DNA of 64,000 nt from a virus, in IMG/VR virus record IMGVR_UViG_3300027793_000078, positions 1 to 64,000 of that record, one strand, 5' to 3'. The position numbers and the translations under genes are program-made. The notes beneath the pieces were generated by a model that saw only the letters and a list, made by a program, of their open reading frames with translations, did not search any database and was not told the origin of the DNA. Of the stretch, positions 62,351-64,000 are shown piece by piece (the first letter of the stretch is position 1; the number at the start of each line of letters is the position of its first letter).

Positions 62351-62914
62351 ATGCACACAAGTACGTTGAAACTAATTGATCAAGCAATGGCACTCGGCAC
62401 TGATGTTTACAAGGTTGCCGTTGAATTGCTTGAGGATACGCGATTTGATATATGGTCGGGTAGCAGTAAACCCGAACAACACCATTATGGTACAAATGGA
62501 CTAACTATTCATACACATGAAGTAATGGTGCTTGCATTTAATGCCAAATACGATCTTAAATTGGATATTGATCCTATTGAATTGTATTTGTCAATATTGT
62601 TTCATGACAGCGGTAAATTATATGATTATATAACAGTGGATAATATACATTTTGCATCTGCACCACACAAACGACTGATTCATCATATTAGCCGTAGTGG
62701 TTTAATTTGGCACGATGCATCTACCATTGTTCCACAAATTCATGATAAATATCATGATGCTGTATTGCACAATATTCTGGCACATCACGGTCGCCGTGAA
62801 TGGGGAAGTCCCGTAATGCCAAAAACCAAAGCGGCATGGTTATTGCATCTTTGCGATGGAATTAGTGCCAGAATGAACGATTGTGATCGTCTTGATTTTA
62901 CTAAAATTCCGTAG
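62351..62914 (+). CDS. HD-domain hydrolase (YhaM-like)
   Basis: HH...GL..HT, FHDSGK, HI, HHG..EWGSP, H.CD. Confidence 0.8.
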   Translation: MHTSTLKLIDQAMALGTDVYKVAVELLEDTRFDIWSGSSKPEQHHYGTNGLTIHTHEVMVLAFNAKYDLKLDIDPIELYLSILFHDSGKLYDYITVDNIHFASAPHKRLIHHISRSGLIWHDASTIVPQIHDKYHDAVLHNILAHHGRREWGSPVMPKTKAAWLLHLCDGISARMNDCDRLDFTKIP

Positions 62915-62969
62915 TAGAAAGGTGTTGACTTGAGAAAACGGTCATGGTAGATTAAACGACGTAAAATTT

Positions 62970-63764
62970 ATGAACTATACTAAACTAGGAAACGATATTG
63001 TTGAGTGGATTAATAATTATGCCATTAATGCCAATATCAAGTCATTGGTAATTGGTGTAAGTGGTGGTGTGGACAGTGGATTGGTTAGCACACTGTGTGC
63101 CCGAACTGGATTGCGAACAATTGCAGTAAGTATGCCAATCGATCAGGAATCAAATCAATTGAAACGTGCTCGCAATCATTGTAATTGGCTTGATAATAAT
63201 TTTGCCAATGTTCAAACTTTCGAAATTAATTTGTCGCAAACTTATGATGTCTTTAAAGACGCGATGACATATCCAAAAGATTTCACTAATGCGCTTGGCT
63301 TGGCTAATAGCAAGAGCCGCCTTCGCATGGTAACTCTTTATCAGATTGCTAGTTATAGAAACGGGTTGGTTGTTGGAACTGGCAATAAAGTTGAAGATTT
63401 TGGTGTTGGATTTTATACCAAATATGGTGATGGTGGTGTTGATATTAGTCCAATTGCTGATTTGACCAAGAGTGAAGTGCGAAATCTTGCAAAAGAACTT
63501 GGAATTATTGATGAAATTGTCAATGCTGTGCCTACTGATGGTCTTTGGGAAGATAATCGTAGCGACGAAGACCAAATTGGTGCTTCGTATGAAGAGCTTG
63601 AATGGGCGATGGAGTTTAATGAACTATTGCAGACTCACGGATATAAAATTGAAGAATGCACCGCCCGTGAACTGGAAGTATTGAAGATTTACAATAAATT
63701 CAATATTCAAAACAAGCATAAGATGGTTCCAATTCCAACATTTAAAAAGAACAATGAATACTAA
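62970..63764 (+). CDS. nadE: NH3-dependent NAD+ synthetase
   Basis: GVSGGVDS, N.KSRLRM, GTGNKVE, GFYTKYGDG, P.DGLW, DEDQIG..Y. Confidence 0.95.
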   Translation: MNYTKLGNDIVEWINNYAINANIKSLVIGVSGGVDSGLVSTLCARTGLRTIAVSMPIDQESNQLKRARNHCNWLDNNFANVQTFEINLSQTYDVFKDAMTYPKDFTNALGLANSKSRLRMVTLYQIASYRNGLVVGTGNKVEDFGVGFYTKYGDGGVDISPIADLTKSEVRNLAKELGIIDEIVNAVPTDGLWEDNRSDEDQIGASYEELEWAMEFNELLQTHGYKIEECTARELEVLKIYNKFNIQNKHKMVPIPTFKKNNEY

Positions 63765-64000
63765 TTATAAACGCGCAGTGGTAATTACCCGGCAACATCC
63801 AAAGCTGAATTTTGGACAGACTCTAAATGTACTGGAGTCAAATAAAACAAATGCAGTGGTTCGTTCTGATGGAGACTCTGCAAAATACACCGTTGATATT
63901 TCGGAAATTTGGTTTTCTGAACGGTCAACTGACTATGGAGCATACAACAATGCTGTAGAAAAAATCAAAGGTTGGCCGTGGCAACATCCTTAATATGATA

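Overview
This 64 kb window looks like part of a large, AT-rich lytic (jumbo/huge, T4-like in its logic) bacteriophage genome read in the standard code. PEP-CTERM proteins, a prepilin-type ORF and sigma54-type promoters suggest a Gram-negative, possibly PVC-superphylum host (inference). Layout: (1) 1-12.3 kb, mostly minus-strand small early genes, with a GP88-like/SF2 helicase island and tRNA-Arg; (2) a ~0.8 kb AT-rich divergent spacer; (3) 13-37 kb, late genes behind a TATTTAT motif, many sharing an N-terminal MKYxDYYxxL(L/I)xE-type leader resembling a capsid-targeting/prohead-protease signal, fused to enzymes (ART-like, GNAT, kinase, 2H phosphoesterase, CCA-adding enzyme, lysozyme); (4) 37.4-44.6 kb, a dense RNA island with canonical and odd tRNAs and many unclassified structured RNAs; (5) 45-64 kb, nucleotide, stress and metabolism genes (PPase, deaminases, HD proteins, AAA ATPase, Ter cluster, DNA ligase, NadE). 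The most striking observation is a five-member RNA family with a covarying 7-bp closing stem plus invariant CAGCAA. Two members carry circularly permuted tRNA bodies (3' half before 5' half, opened at the anticodon loop) and others carry anticodon-loop-like cargo. Nearby are an anticodon-less tRNA, initiator-like tRNAs lacking the three G-C pairs and apparently virion-targeted tRNA 3'-end repair enzymes. Together these suggest a tRNA-decoy/tRNA-repair counter-defence system. Protein family names are from motif recognition by eye, not database searches.
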